Shown here: positions 21,359 to 33,305 of the stretch, one piece after another
How the letters are laid out: each line of letters starts with the position of its first letter
How positions within the stretch are numbered: the first letter of the stretch is position 1
From: Phoronis australis
Taxonomy: Eukaryota; Animalia; Phoronida
NCBI GenBank assembly: GCA_002633005.1
Contig: NMRA01000591.1
Span: 85,946 to 126,441 of the forward strand
DNA length: 40,496 nucleotides
Direction of reading: 5' to 3'
The notes under the pieces: model-generated
The model's database searches: none
What the model was told of the DNA's origin: nothing
What the model saw: the letters and a program-made list of their open reading frames with translations, nothing else
Translations under genes and position numbers: made by a program

Positions 21359-22864
21359 TTTAATTTCAATGTTGGTAGTGGATAGGTGGCGCTAGGTGAC
21401 GTGCAGACCAGGTTTAAAAATGTTTGTGATCAATGGTTCCACTGTCGTTTAAGATTTACATATATATTGGGAGTGCACACGTCTTGTTTTCAACATTGTT
21501 GGAAATGCTTTTTAACGGGGGAAGGGGATTTGCCAGAATCTGTATATTTTAAATGCTTTTTAAAATGTCATGAACTTTTAATATAGACAACATAATGTTT
21601 CATCCTGTGTAACTTTCTTCTCTTGTGTATATGTCTTTTTGCTATGGTTTAATACAGTGTTTTTTTTCTTGCAGAGAGCGAGTGAATACGAAAAAAATTC
21701 TCCAGCTTGTGACAGTCTCTAAAACTTTTGGCACTGAAATTCAAGCCCAATTCGAATTTTCTTGATACTAAAAACTGGGACGTGGGCGATTTTGGCGTCC
21801 TTCAATAATCCTCATATTTCTTAAATATCGGACATATAGTTTTGATTCAAGGGAGTCTGAAATTTGACTTGACAGTTTGTAAAGTTGTAGAAAATAACCA
21901 ACGGCACATTTTCATGGGGCCCCCAGTGTTTAACTTGGAGGTGGGACGGCCTTATATTGTTGATGATCATTCCTGTATTTCGGACAGCCACCGTTGCCCA
22001 TTTCTTAAGATTGGTACGAGCTCCAAGCTTGAGCAAAATAAGCTTTCACTGTCCCGAAGGGGAGAATTTTTACCGACGGTAATTGATAGATTTTTTTTCT
22101 TCTAGTTTCAATGGGTATAGTCAACCATAGTACAACACGCAGTGTTGTATTTTATGTTTGTTCGTTTATGTGATTCTTGACCCTAAGACCCAAGTCAGGT
22201 ATGGTGCTGTCTACAAGTTGATTTGGTTACAGCAAACTTCAATTAAAGTGACAATAAACCCATGTTTCATCCAAGAAGCAGACGTTAAATTTGGCTCACC
22301 TTCCGCTATAACATTGGTCCTTACTCAAATGCAAAGTATTACGTTAAATATCTGGGTTTTCAAAGAAAGGACATTTCGTTATGCCTCGAGGTTATGCTTG
22401 GGAAATGCTGTCTGACAAGCCAACTTGTTGAGCCTGCCTGGTCTCAAGAAATAACAAACTGTCCACTTGAAATCGCGTGCAATTTGACCACTGAATGAAA
22501 CCAATTTTGTAACCACAATTGACTTTAATCAAAAGTTAATGGCATGGCCCTCGATCCTTTGATTTTGGAGCCGAATATCAGCCCCATTTAAAAATATTGA
22601 AAAAATCACGAGAAATTCCCCTCATGATGTCCAAAAATTTCCCTCAAGCGACTGAAAAATTCCCCATGTGGTTGGAATCGCTTGTAACTTACACAGGTGA
22701 CAATTTGAAGGAGCACAAAATGTTAGTTTTGGCTACTTGAAGCAGAACCTATGAGGGCTTATTTGTGAGAATGGTGGTTGGGAGGAAGAATTGTTACCTT
22801 GCCCCGAAATATTCCCCTCTCAAAAGACACAGGCACATTTCCCTTGGATGAAAGAAAGCCCTGA

Positions 22865-22947
22865 ATTGACCTATCGACAGGATTTTGAGTGACGGCTTAA
22901 CTGACCTTTTAGAATGGATCATTATTGACACTCCTTGGTTTCCAAGC
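22865..22947 (+). mobile_element. Truncated small MITE (copy upstream of the ELAV-like gene)
   Basis: Direct repeat of 25116-25197 with an identical core caggattttgagtgacggcttaactgacc. Confidence 0.7.
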
Positions 22948-23543
22948 CACCATTTTACCTGACAAACAACACATTGCCGGGTACAACTTATTGTTTGTTA
23001 GTAGACATTACGCTAGGGGGCAGAGCTTGCGAAAAGGTCAACTTTCACTGTAGAGGGATGTATTGCCACTTTAAAATAGATGTTTGAAGAGATGTTATGA
23101 GAGTTTGACTGACGTGACGGTATGAGTGAGTTCGCTGCATTTTTGGTTGACTGAAGTAAGCATGGTATTCTGCATGTAATGTATGCACCGAGTTTCCATT
23201 TCTATAACAGAAAATTTAACACGACCATGCAAACATGAGTCACACCAGACCACAATGTTTAACTTTCTCTTTATTCTCTTTCAGTTCCCCAGGCCTGACT
23301 GCTGCACCAAATGGAGGTTCAGAGCATTTTTTGTTTTTCATGGATTTTAGATTTTTTAAATTTCTCATTTTTCAACAGCTGTCCGGAGCAGACGAGACAC
23401 GTTCTCGGAAACGTTTTACTAGAGCTTTTCATTTTGTTTGATCCGACATGATCTTTTTGAATTTTTTATCAAATTGTTTTTTTCTTTGCATCACACAGAC
23501 ACTGCCGAGTTTTCTTCCTTGAGTCACCGCGTGTCTGACACCC

Positions 23544-24635
23544 ATGGCACAGCAGGTGAACAATGGTCAAACCAATCTTATCATTAACTACCTTCCACAA
23601 ACTCTGACCGACGGTGAATTCCGCCACATGTTCGAGAGCATCGGGCCGCTGCAGAGCAGCAAGATCTGTCGGGACAAACGATCCAATTACAGCTACGGAT
23701 TCGGCTTTGTAGACTACGTACGACCAGAGGATGCGGCCCAGGCCATTCGTGAGCTTAATGAGCTTCCGCTGCAGAATAAAACCATCAAAGTGGCGTATGC
23801 TCGACCGAACAACGAAGAAACGAAACAGGCGAACATTTACATCAAAGGCCTGCCCAAAATGTGGACCAAGGTAGAGCTGGAGAGGGCCTTCTGCCCATTT
23901 GGAAACATTGTGCAGGCCCGTGTTCTATCCGACCAGTTTACAGGCATGGGACGTGGCAAGGGGTTTGTACTGTTTGAAAAACACTCTGAGGCAGAGGCTG
24001 CCATCGCCAATATGAATGGTGCGAAGCTGGACGACTCATTGGAGAGTCTTGAGATCAAGTACGTAGACGACAGTGCCAAGAAAGTAAAGCCTGCTGGATG
24101 GAGTAGTGCTCCAATGCGCCCGGGATTCGCTGGACCAATTAGGACCCAGAGCCCAAGAGTTCGCTTCAACCCCCTCGGTGGGGGATCGAGCCTGATGACA
24201 TCTGGTCTTGGACCAAGTGGACTTAATAATGCCGGCTTTTACAACGGAGGATTTTCCGATGGCTTCTATGGTGGTGGTGGTGGTGGTGGCAGCGCGGGTG
24301 TTGGTCGGTTTGGGAATGGCTGCCGTGGTAATCAGGATGGTTTTGGAAGCGGTGCTCGTGACCCCCTGCCTGACCAGAATGGTGGCTTCACTCTGTTTGT
24401 GTACAATATTGGTCTGGATGCTGACGAGAAGATGCTCTGGCAATTGTTCCATCCTTGTGGCGACGTCCTTAAAGCCACAGTCGTCCGCGACCCGGAACAG
24501 AACAATAAGTGCAAAGGTTATGGCTTTGTAACCATGAGTACTTATGACGAAGCCTTGTTCGCTATTCAGCGACTCAACAGATTCCCATTCAGTCAGGGGA
24601 AACCATTACAGGTTTCACTGAAAAAGAATTCTTAA
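23544..24635 (+). CDS. ELAV/Hu/Sex-lethal family RNA-binding protein (3 RRMs), intronless CDS, 363 aa
   Basis: RRM1 TNLIINYLPQ...YGFGFVDY, RRM2 ANIYIKGLP...GKGFVLF, Gly-rich hinge with RFNP motif, RRM3 LFVYNI...KCKGYGFVTM...LQVSLK; polypyrimidine tract and AG acceptor at 23497-23498; AATAAA at 24887-24892. Confidence 0.93.
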   Translation: MAQQVNNGQTNLIINYLPQTLTDGEFRHMFESIGPLQSSKICRDKRSNYSYGFGFVDYVRPEDAAQAIRELNELPLQNKTIKVAYARPNNEETKQANIYIKGLPKMWTKVELERAFCPFGNIVQARVLSDQFTGMGRGKGFVLFEKHSEAEAAIANMNGAKLDDSLESLEIKYVDDSAKKVKPAGWSSAPMRPGFAGPIRTQSPRVRFNPLGGGSSLMTSGLGPSGLNNAGFYNGGFSDGFYGGGGGGGSAGVGRFGNGCRGNQDGFGSGARDPLPDQNGGFTLFVYNIGLDADEKMLWQLFHPCGDVLKATVVRDPEQNNKCKGYGFVTMSTYDEALFAIQRLNRFPFSQGKPLQVSLKKNS

Positions 24636-24822
24636 TAAGTTGTTCACAGTGAATAGTTTGTGCATCGAATCCTTGAACCAAATGTTGAACAGTGCTTTGT
24701 TGTAGAGGTATCTTATTCAGGCTTCGTATTTTGTTCATTTTAACGCTGCTCTGTTAAGTTATGCTGGGCGTGTGCTTGTTGAAGGCTTAGGCGACGTGTT
24801 TAAGAAACTATTAGAAGGCTTC

Positions 24823-24844
24823 TGTTGTTGTTGTTGTTGTTGTT
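24823..24844 (+). repeat. (TGT)n microsatellite in the ELAV-like 3' UTR
   Basis: tgttgttgttgttgttgttgtt. Confidence 0.85.
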
Positions 24845-25115
24845 TTGGCCTCCACTGCTGTTGCTAGTTGTTGTTAAGGGGAGAACAATAAAAACGAACA
24901 CAATCATTTCTCTCTTTCTCCTGCTTACAACCTCAACACAGTTTATGATACATTGACTTATTTGGTGGTTAAAGCTAATGTGGTGAAGTGTCTAATGTCC
25001 CAATGTCGGTTAGTGCTGTAATTCTCAATGCTACCCTTTTGGAGGTGGCAGTGTGTAAGAGGGTATTCATACTAGAAATTGTGGTCTGTTCATTAATCAG
25101 CACTCATTTAACCAG

Positions 25116-25212
25116 TTGACCTATCACCAGGATTTTGAGTGACGGCTTAACTGACCAATCTGAACGCAGCAGTCTTGACACACTTTTGTTTCCAAGCTTG
25201 CGATAGGTCAAT
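25116..25212 (+). mobile_element. Small MITE (copy downstream of the ELAV-like gene)
   Basis: TIR ttgacctatc / gataggtcaa; body repeats 22866-22947. Confidence 0.7.
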
Positions 25213-25943
25213 TCAAGCACTGCTTTTGGGGAAGAGGTGCCACAGCAACGTGAACTGTTGACTGGTTTGTTAAGCTTACTGAAGAGAATGACTGGTAGAG
25301 GTAATTTGTGTTTTGATTGGGACTTGTCTAGCATAACTTGTTGGAGAGTACGTATGTTTGAAGGATGCTTGTAGCAAAGCTCATTAAGTATTACACACTT
25401 TTAAAAGGTGTCCTGTTTTGCAGTACGGTTATAGTTGGTATACTAAGCCCTTCAGATGTGGTAAAATTTCTGTTTGGGATAGCAAAAAGTTTGCTAAAGG
25501 TTGATATTGCACCAAATTATAGGAATGGTCAGAGTTGTCCGTCCCAAGTTCAAGAATTGTGAGAGATTAATTTTGTTTTGGCAGCTATGTTTGGCGATTT
25601 TATCTCGGATTCTGTTGATACAAAATGTACTGCCATATTTGAAAAACACGAACTCCCAAATTACCCATGTCCCAATCGTCTGAATCCTGAAAATTCAAAT
25701 TTGGCTTGATTTTCGGAGTCCCAAATTTAACACTGGCTTGTGCTCCTACAGTTGCAATATTGACCTCATTCTGTGTGTTTCTGAATATTAGAACCTATTT
25801 CAAGGCGTTGAAAAGCAGATGTTCAATTACTGCTTCATATAAGCCAGGATACTTCACCATGTTTTGATGATTTCAACCAATCCTCGTTCCGTCTCTTGTT
25901 AATACATCATCGCCATTTACATAGAAACATAAAAGCAGAAATT

Positions 25944-26099
25944 CAGGAGCAGATCCAGGATTTTTTGAAAAGGGGGTCGGATCAAAGGTTTTTTAAAAAG
26001 GGGTCCAAGTCAACAATTTGAAAATTCTAGATTTGATATCGCTAAAATCAAAAAAAAGGAAGAGTCCGGACCCCCTTGACACCTCTGGATCTGCCAATG
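25944..26099. mobile_element. CAGGGGCGGATCCAG-type MITE
   Basis: Ends caggagcagatccag / ctggatctgccaatg; related copies or ends at about 560-574, 26988-27096, 34590-34625 and 36483-36645. Confidence 0.65.
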
Positions 26100-26987
26100 G
26101 AATCCATTAAAAACTCATACCCCCATTTCACTAATTGGACGTTATATCCTTAGTTGCTGTTCTTTTGCCACAGTTATCGTGATTTCCTAAAAACTTGAAG
26201 TTACACTTGCCCGCTTGGTAGACTTTGACAGGTTGAGTTATCAATTTTTCCGTGCCAACTTTTCGGGGATGTCGGACGTTACAGAGTATACTTCATTTCA
26301 GAAAACTGATCAGGAAAATCGCTTTTTGTATCTGTTAATAGGCCAAAACCGGGTTTGGTTTTAAAAGGATACTATACACTGTTTTAGTGATTTTGACCAA
26401 TTGTGCTGCTGCCTGCTACTTGTGGTCTCATTTCAGTGGTAAATGTATGACACCTGGTGGTCTGTGTCAAAGATTAGATTATGGTGCTTGGTGGGTGGTC
26501 TCCCTCTTAACAGTCTAGTGTAACTCGCATAAAGTGTAGGTCACAATTGGTGGTTTAGCAGACTTCATATAATTCAAACTTTGCTTCAAACTTTTAAGGG
26601 TAGTTGAGGGTTAGGGGGCATTATATTTTGTTTCACAGAATGTGATTGGAATGTCTTTTAAATATCTACCACTTGACCGAAGCTGGTTTTAGTATCCTTT
26701 TAAGTTGCTTGTCACAGTGGTATGAGGGAATTCTAAGACAATTTTGTCATCACAAATTTCAATTTGCAACATAACAGCTTTAATTCTGGGTTCAAACAAT
26801 CCAACAAGTACAAAACAATAACAAACATTTTGTTAAGGCATATCCTACATTAAACCTGGTAATAAAGTAACTTCAATACACCCGTAATAACTTCTTAAAA
26901 TCAGAACAGTCGCTGAACGGAGAATTGATATCCTGATTCAAAATATAGAGGCGAAACCACTTGTATTGTATGCCCCACCACCCCGTC

Positions 26988-27096
26988 CAGGAGCGGATCC
27001 AGGATTTTGAGTTTGGGGAGGCACGGCAGAGTTTTAGCCAGGATTTTGNGGGGGGGGGTGCATGGCCCCATTGGCCCCCCTCTAAATCCGCTACTG
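26988..27096. mobile_element. CAGGGGCGGATCCAG-type MITE
   Basis: Ends caggagcggatccag / ctaaatccgctactg with internal G and C runs. Confidence 0.65.
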
Positions 27097-29040
27097 CTGT
27101 CCGTTAACCATGGATTAATCCATACAGCACTGGGGATGTTTTATAGCAAAATGGATCTATATGTCTCTATCCTCAATAAAAAGCCAAAAAGCATTGTTGC
27201 TCCTGGTTTGTGTTTTATACTCTAAGTCAATATTACGTTATTTTTGGTTGGCTCAGTTTTTTGAAAAAGAAGTCGCCTGGGATATGAGCAAAATATGACG
27301 CTGGATTTCTTACTCGTTGCTTGGGGAATCGTGGTGCTTCAACATTGTGTACCATTGGTTACGTGCCTTAATTGTGAAAAAAAACAGACTTGGCTGATTT
27401 TATGCAAGCGGGTTGTCAAAGACGGTGACCACAGGTCTGAGTGTACAGATTAGAACCAACTATGCTTTTGGTGTAATGTTCAGTAAACATGCGCACTTTC
27501 ATAATCTTAAGGTTATCTAGGACATGTCGAAAATTGAAAGCATACTTTGTCAACCATTAAAAGTATATATTTTCTGAAAAGATCAAGGATTCTAAAAATA
27601 TTTTTCATTTAAGAAACGTGACCACCTTTCTTAAGTCAAACTTTCATGTGCAAGAAAGGTACACTCATATTAAAATGCACCCAGCCGATTTTTTAAAAAC
27701 ATTTAATGAAAACCATGTATCAAAAATGCTGTTAGGATTTTACTTTAAAATAAGACCGGTGCTTTTTTTACAAAAATGCATCATATTTCGCCAGTAAATT
27801 TGGCATAAAACTCGAAATAAGTGAATAACAGTGTTTTTGTGACATAACTTGCGAATTTTTGACCTAATTAGAGCGTGCGCCTCATTGGCATCAATTAATT
27901 TCACTGACACTCTGATTGCTTACATATAATTCTTGGCCAAGGGGCCTATTAAAATTGGAAGCGACAAAGGACAAAAATTAAACACGGACCATAGGTTCAC
28001 CATAGACTTGGGTCAACTCTCCCATACCCAAGCCTTTCCTAAAACCAAGAGTTTAACTTCAGCTGTGGTAAGGGTGTGGTGCCAAGTTAAAAGTTTGTTT
28101 ACACCAGTTGCATCCAACTGATGCTAGAATTGTTAACAATTTGTTGAGAAATCTGAAAATTTTGACTCTGCCACATTATGCCCTTAAAACAAAGACTGAA
28201 CATTTAACTTACTGTCACGTAAATAGAATTTGAACTTCAAAAACAAACCATGCACAAACAATCACACAGGTCAACAGTAATAAATAAACAAGTAATAACA
28301 CACTCTAAAATGGTTTGAGGAGCTAACGAAAAGGTTCTAAAAGTGAACCTTGACAAAAACATCACATGGTAGGCATTTGTACAGTAAAACTGCATAATCC
28401 AGACTTGTGAAAGCTGGATTATCATTTAATTCAAACTAAGTTCTGCTATGGGGTTGTTCAAGTCTTTGCATTCAGCCTGTCAGATTAATTAGAATTTGTC
28501 TAGCGTGGAGTCTCTCAGCCCAGTTGGAACTGACTTGTGAGAGTTTTAGTAGCCATCGAAATAATTTACTCTGAAACAAAGGTGTTCAATCTATTAATCT
28601 CACCCCTATGGTAAAATCTCGTCTATTTCATGCAAAATAATTTCAGAATTGATCTTTTTCATTTCTCAGAAGCATCAACTATTGCATGTGCACGCTTACA
28701 ATGTCTCAAAGGCACTGGTTTGTCACAGTAGTGGTATACAGCGGTCATTTCGTGCAACTTTTAAGAAAAATAACATTTCACATGTCTGAAATATTGTGTC
28801 ATAAATGGAGGAGATTTTTCCATAAGCTTTATTAACAAGTGGTAATGTTGCTCACCTTGTCAATACAAAAAAGGCACATTCAAAAGTTTCGTCTGCAAAT
28901 TCTAGACTGGACAACCTTATGTAAATGAACTTGGTAATGAATTGAAATAACATTTATATTGACCATACAATGGTCACCAGTAGATTTCCACTATAATAGT
29001 ATCACAGGCCTTCTTACTAATTACTCTTGACATTTAAGAT

Positions 29041-29216
29041 CAGGGCTTGGAATTTTCCTCTTTCAAGAGATTTCCTCATTTTTGGTCTCCAGTTTACTTC
29101 AGTTAAATTTTACAACTACACAAAAACATTTCTTTCACACAAGCCTATTTATTTGTGGAACAATAGATCACCTGGAAAACTTTCCTCTTTTTTGTCATCG
29201 GTCATTCCAAGCCCTG
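29041..29216. mobile_element. hAT-like MITE
   Basis: Perfect 13-bp TIR cagggcttggaat / attccaagccctg; internal tttcctc motifs; no clear TSD. Confidence 0.7.
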
Positions 29217-29405
29217 TTATCTTTCCTAAGAAAGAATTTATTGAATTGTAACGATCCAAACACCTGTCAGTTCTCACATTCCAAATCATAACTCTTCATT
29301 TGTGGAGGTAGAAAAATGCCTTTTATGAGTGACCTAATTTCAAAATGAAGGGCTGCTAACACACTTCTAAGCTGAGTCTGATTAGTGAAGTCATGTTACT
29401 CCTTC

Positions 29406-29936
29406 TCAATAAAAGCACACATAATTAATGAGTAATTTAGGAAGAGGCAATTGCTCACAATGCTTCAAAATAGAGCGCCCTCTGGCAAGCTGGCAGCAGT
29501 AGGTCCTGATTTCTATGCGGCAGAGTTCTTTCAACTGTGCAGGATTTAGAACCCGTTCATTTAGAAGAGCATCTAGTCTGGCGTTGCCGCTGTGAACTAG
29601 TGCGCCATCTTGTGTCGATGCATGCTCCTTATTTAAATCGCAGCCAGCACTGGCAATAAGGGCAGCGAGGTCAAGGTCACCGGCACTAAGTACAAGAGAC
29701 AGAGGTGAAGGCGTGCCGCTTCGTGACGAAAAGACGTTGGGATACGCACCGTGTGCCAACAGCAGACGAGCAGTTTTGAACTGCCCCCTCATCAACGCCG
29801 AGTGTAGTGGCGAGACCAACGTATTTGTGAACGGGTTGATGCTGATTCCTTGACTGATGAGCAACTCCGCGACATCCAAGCCATTGTCCATAGCAAAATG
29901 TAATGGTGTAAACCCACTGCAGTCTTGGACACTTGA
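29406..29936 (-). CDS. Ankyrin repeat and SOCS box (ASB) protein, last coding exon (5 of 5)
   Basis: Acceptor ttttag at 29938-29937, phase 0; SSVQDCSGFTPLHFAMDNG and SPLHSAL ankyrin repeats; SOCS box PAQLKELCRIEIR...LPLPKLLINYV; TGA stop. Confidence 0.9.
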   Translation of the reverse strand, partial: SSVQDCSGFTPLHFAMDNGLDVAELLISQGISINPFTNTLVSPLHSALMRGQFKTARLLLAHGAYPNVFSSRSGTPSPLSLVLSAGDLDLAALIASAGCDLNKEHASTQDGALVHSGNARLDALLNERVLNPAQLKELCRIEIRTYCCQLARGRSILKHCEQLPLPKLLINYVCFY

Positions 29937-30696
29937 CTAAAACAACAACCACAACAGGTGAAACAGTGCAGTGAAATCCAAACGGGATAGCTAAGCACCA
30001 ACAGAGTCCATCTATAGTAGCCGCTCGTTATTATCGCAAGTTATAAGATATGTCAATACTACCAGAAGTCAGGCTTTTTTGTGTTACTTTTGCCTCAAAC
30101 AAAGATCCGCCGTACGATGGTTCGAGATTGTACACTTTGTACCCCAGGTAAGCTAGATTAAGCCATACTCGGATAAAATTTCTCTGTCTGGATTGGATCC
30201 GACTTACGTATGTTTTACTGTAATTACCGTAGTGTTGTATAATAGCACCGATCCTTTAATAAGTGCCTTCTCCATTGAGCGCTGGGTAAGGGTCGGTTAA
30301 AAACGCTACTATCAAATAAACCCTGGGTCTTAATAAGCTGGAGGAAGAAGGCAGTTAAGAATACCAGTGTTAAATCAGCCCTGGATCTGAATAAACGCCA
30401 TGTAAACGTCAGTTAAAAGCACCATGATTGTTTACTAACCACTGGCTCTCAAATAAGCACAGAGGGTGGTAATTCAGGACTAAGTGAAAGAAAAGCTCTG
30501 ACTGCAAGTCGCTGTTTTACTGGGCCGTCTAGGGCCTACTAGTTAAGTACACGCAAGTCAAAATAAAATGACTGTAGTGTGTAAGTCCATGCATTGCAAG
30601 CATCAAATTCCCCAAGTCTTCCATATTATATATATAATTTATGAAATTTTACCATTACTTTAATATTGAACTGCATTAATTTTAATAACCACTAAC

Positions 30697-30798
30697 CTGA
30701 GAGCCCCACTCAAGCAGTAGTTCTAACAAATGAACATCGTTTTGTATAACAGACTCAAACATAACCGGTCTTCCATGTTTTCCTAACAGCATGTTAAC
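30697..30798 (-). CDS. ASB protein, coding exon 4 of 5
   Basis: ttttcag acceptor, VNMLLGKHGRPVMFESVIQNDVHLLELLLEWGSQ, gttagt donor; 102 nt, phase 0/0. Confidence 0.85.
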
Positions 30799-31938
30799 CT
30801 GAAAACAAAAGTTTCACACATTACCTGGCTGCATGGTTTCAAAAGCTGAAAACGCACATAAAAATGCAATGAAGGACCATTTCAGCCACCAGGCGCAACA
30901 GCAAACAACAGAACATACAGCACAGACAGCAATGCTGCAACGGCGGTACACAATACTAATCATTTACAGTCTGTTATAACTACATTGACTGATAAGGAAA
31001 ACACGGCTGTTTTACCAGTGTTCTCCATATTGAAAACCCAACTAGCAGTAGCAGGATAAATCTTCTGACAACTGACTTCTTCAATGGTTTTTCTTCAGTT
31101 TTAACAAGGTATAACGTGATTGGAAGAAAAAATGATGCTTTTTTCAAACTGGTGGCTATTTTTTCAAATGGACCGGGAGCCTTTCAAACGTACAATGTGT
31201 GGAGAAGGCAGTGCTTCTTAATGATGATAATAAATTCCATGAACTACTGAGTACACCAATGACAGTATTGTTTTCTACATTTAACAGCAATTTTAGTTTT
31301 CACAACCAGTTCTTTTGATGTGATGATTTTGTATATAAGCTATTAATGACCTGTAGATTTGCATTATAAGTATATTTCAGTAGCAGCCCTTCGTTAACAC
31401 AAACTTCGTTGAAAACACGACTAGACTTTTTGTTTGACAGCTTGATACAGAGTCGCTCCTAGTGTCGAAACAATCTCCTTTCTTTAGGTGGGCAACTACT
31501 GTATGTATAGCAAAACACCGAGAGACATAACAGACAATATAAAACTGTACACTAGCTATATTTCGAAACTGCATGTCTCATCGTCAGGAAATAAGTGAAA
31601 TGAACATTTACGAAACAAACTGAACATTATTATGAACATAACTTGTTCAACATTTACTGACTTTGCTCTTCGTACGCCACTCTTCAAAGCAAATAGAAAT
31701 GCTGTTATCATTTCTATTATCATGTTCAGATACCAGATTCTTTGTGCACCATGGGTAAAAATTCAAAAACATACTACGTAGGACTTATAGTCAAAAGCTT
31801 TTAGGTTTCCTGTTTCTTAATCGAAAGATTCGCATAGTTATCAGTTAGGCAGCAAAAAATTTCATTTCTAGAAAAGGAATCATAATAATATACAATTGTG
31901 TTAAATCTAGACACCATTCTTAACGATCATTCACTTAC

Positions 31939-32092
31939 ATCGGCACCGTTCTCCAACAACATTTTTGTCACGGCAATATTTCTGTGGTGAACAGCATAAT
32001 ACAGAGGTGAAAGTCTGGCAAAGTCCGTCTTATTCAGGTCAGCATTGTAAGATATGAGTAACCTGATGATGTCACTCTGCCTGCTGTGAGAC
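31939..32092 (-). CDS. ASB protein, coding exon 3 of 5
   Basis: tttgcag acceptor (nearby in-frame alternative AGs exist); DIIRLLISYNADLNKTDFARLSPLYYAVHHRNIAVTKMLLENGAD; gtaagt donor. Confidence 0.85.
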
Positions 32093-33212
32093 CTGCAAAC
32101 AGACATAGGCAGCATAACACAGCACTATAATGTATCATGCATACAACAGAGGGCAGCATTAGTTGTCATGACTTCATGGACGTCAGTTGCTATCCCTATT
32201 TGACAATTGCATCATTTTTTGGCCATAGAAAGAAAGATTAAAAAACAGACACTTGCCGCACAAAAGTAACATCTATAGGCATTATGTAAGCATCAACCAC
32301 CATGCTAATTCAGTTAGCATTATTTGTAACGAATCTACACGTACATCAAGGAGTCATTGGCCATTCAGGACCAGCATGCTACTGATTCTCTCAATAACAT
32401 GCAGAGCTCAGTGACCCCACAACTATGGAGATGATCTACTTACTATTCCCTGTATCTCTTGCTACTCTCATTTCACTTCATGGATGTGACTTGACTGGTA
32501 TTCGATACTTGATGTCTTATTGTATATACTATCCTGATGATGTCTTATGAATAAACGAAACGGTGAATGAACATGAACTTTTTTATTTGCATGCCTATTT
32601 GCACCATAGATCATAGACAACACATTCGCTACTAACAGTTTCTTTTGTACAATCCCCGAGGAGGCGCCACGCTCTAAATTACCAAATTCAGTATCCGGTT
32701 AGTGTATTGCGATGGGAAATTCTTGCATCTATTTTACTGTCCAGTACAATGAGAAAAAATAATTTTGACATTGAAATGCCGTTTAAAGTCTTCCAATAAC
32801 AGAACTGTTGGCATTGTGTGTACTTTTGGCACCCGACCACACAACAGCTGACTATGATTAGCAGACGACGTACTTGCTGGAAGTAAAACTTGCTAATTTT
32901 GCCAGGTGTCGCTTGTGAATAATAATGTCATGGCTTATGCGCAAGATCACAGATTTCGTCCACTGAAACTATAGAGACTCCGGACTTTTGCAAATAACAT
33001 GCAATGATGTGCTTCTCTTGCGATGTGTGGCAACATTTTGAGACATGTTGCATTTAAGTGAGTTTCTTGGGTCTACAGAATGCAGGCTTGGATTGGTTGC
33101 TTGCCATGACTACCTGCACCAGTCAAATTACCAGTCCACCCCTACCTAGTACACAAGTTGGTTGCCATGACCACCCGCACCACAATCAACACTAGCTGAT
33201 TACCATGCCTAC

Positions 33213-33305
33213 CTACAGAGTCTCGCCGCTGTAACTACGGGATACTCGTGCTCTCCTTCTTCTGAATCAGCGCACACACTGTGCTCATCCACACGGGCAT
33301 TGTGC
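33213..33305 (-). CDS. ASB protein, coding exon 2 of 5
   Basis: tttttcag acceptor; HNARVDEHSVCADSEEGEHEYPVVTAARLC; gtaggc donor; 93 nt, phase 2/2, joins in frame. Confidence 0.8.

Noticed and set aside
30799-30830. Extra CAG|GTAATG donor upstream of ASB exon 4
   Set aside because: It would define a 26-nt intron, which is too short, and exons 3 and 4 already join in frame.
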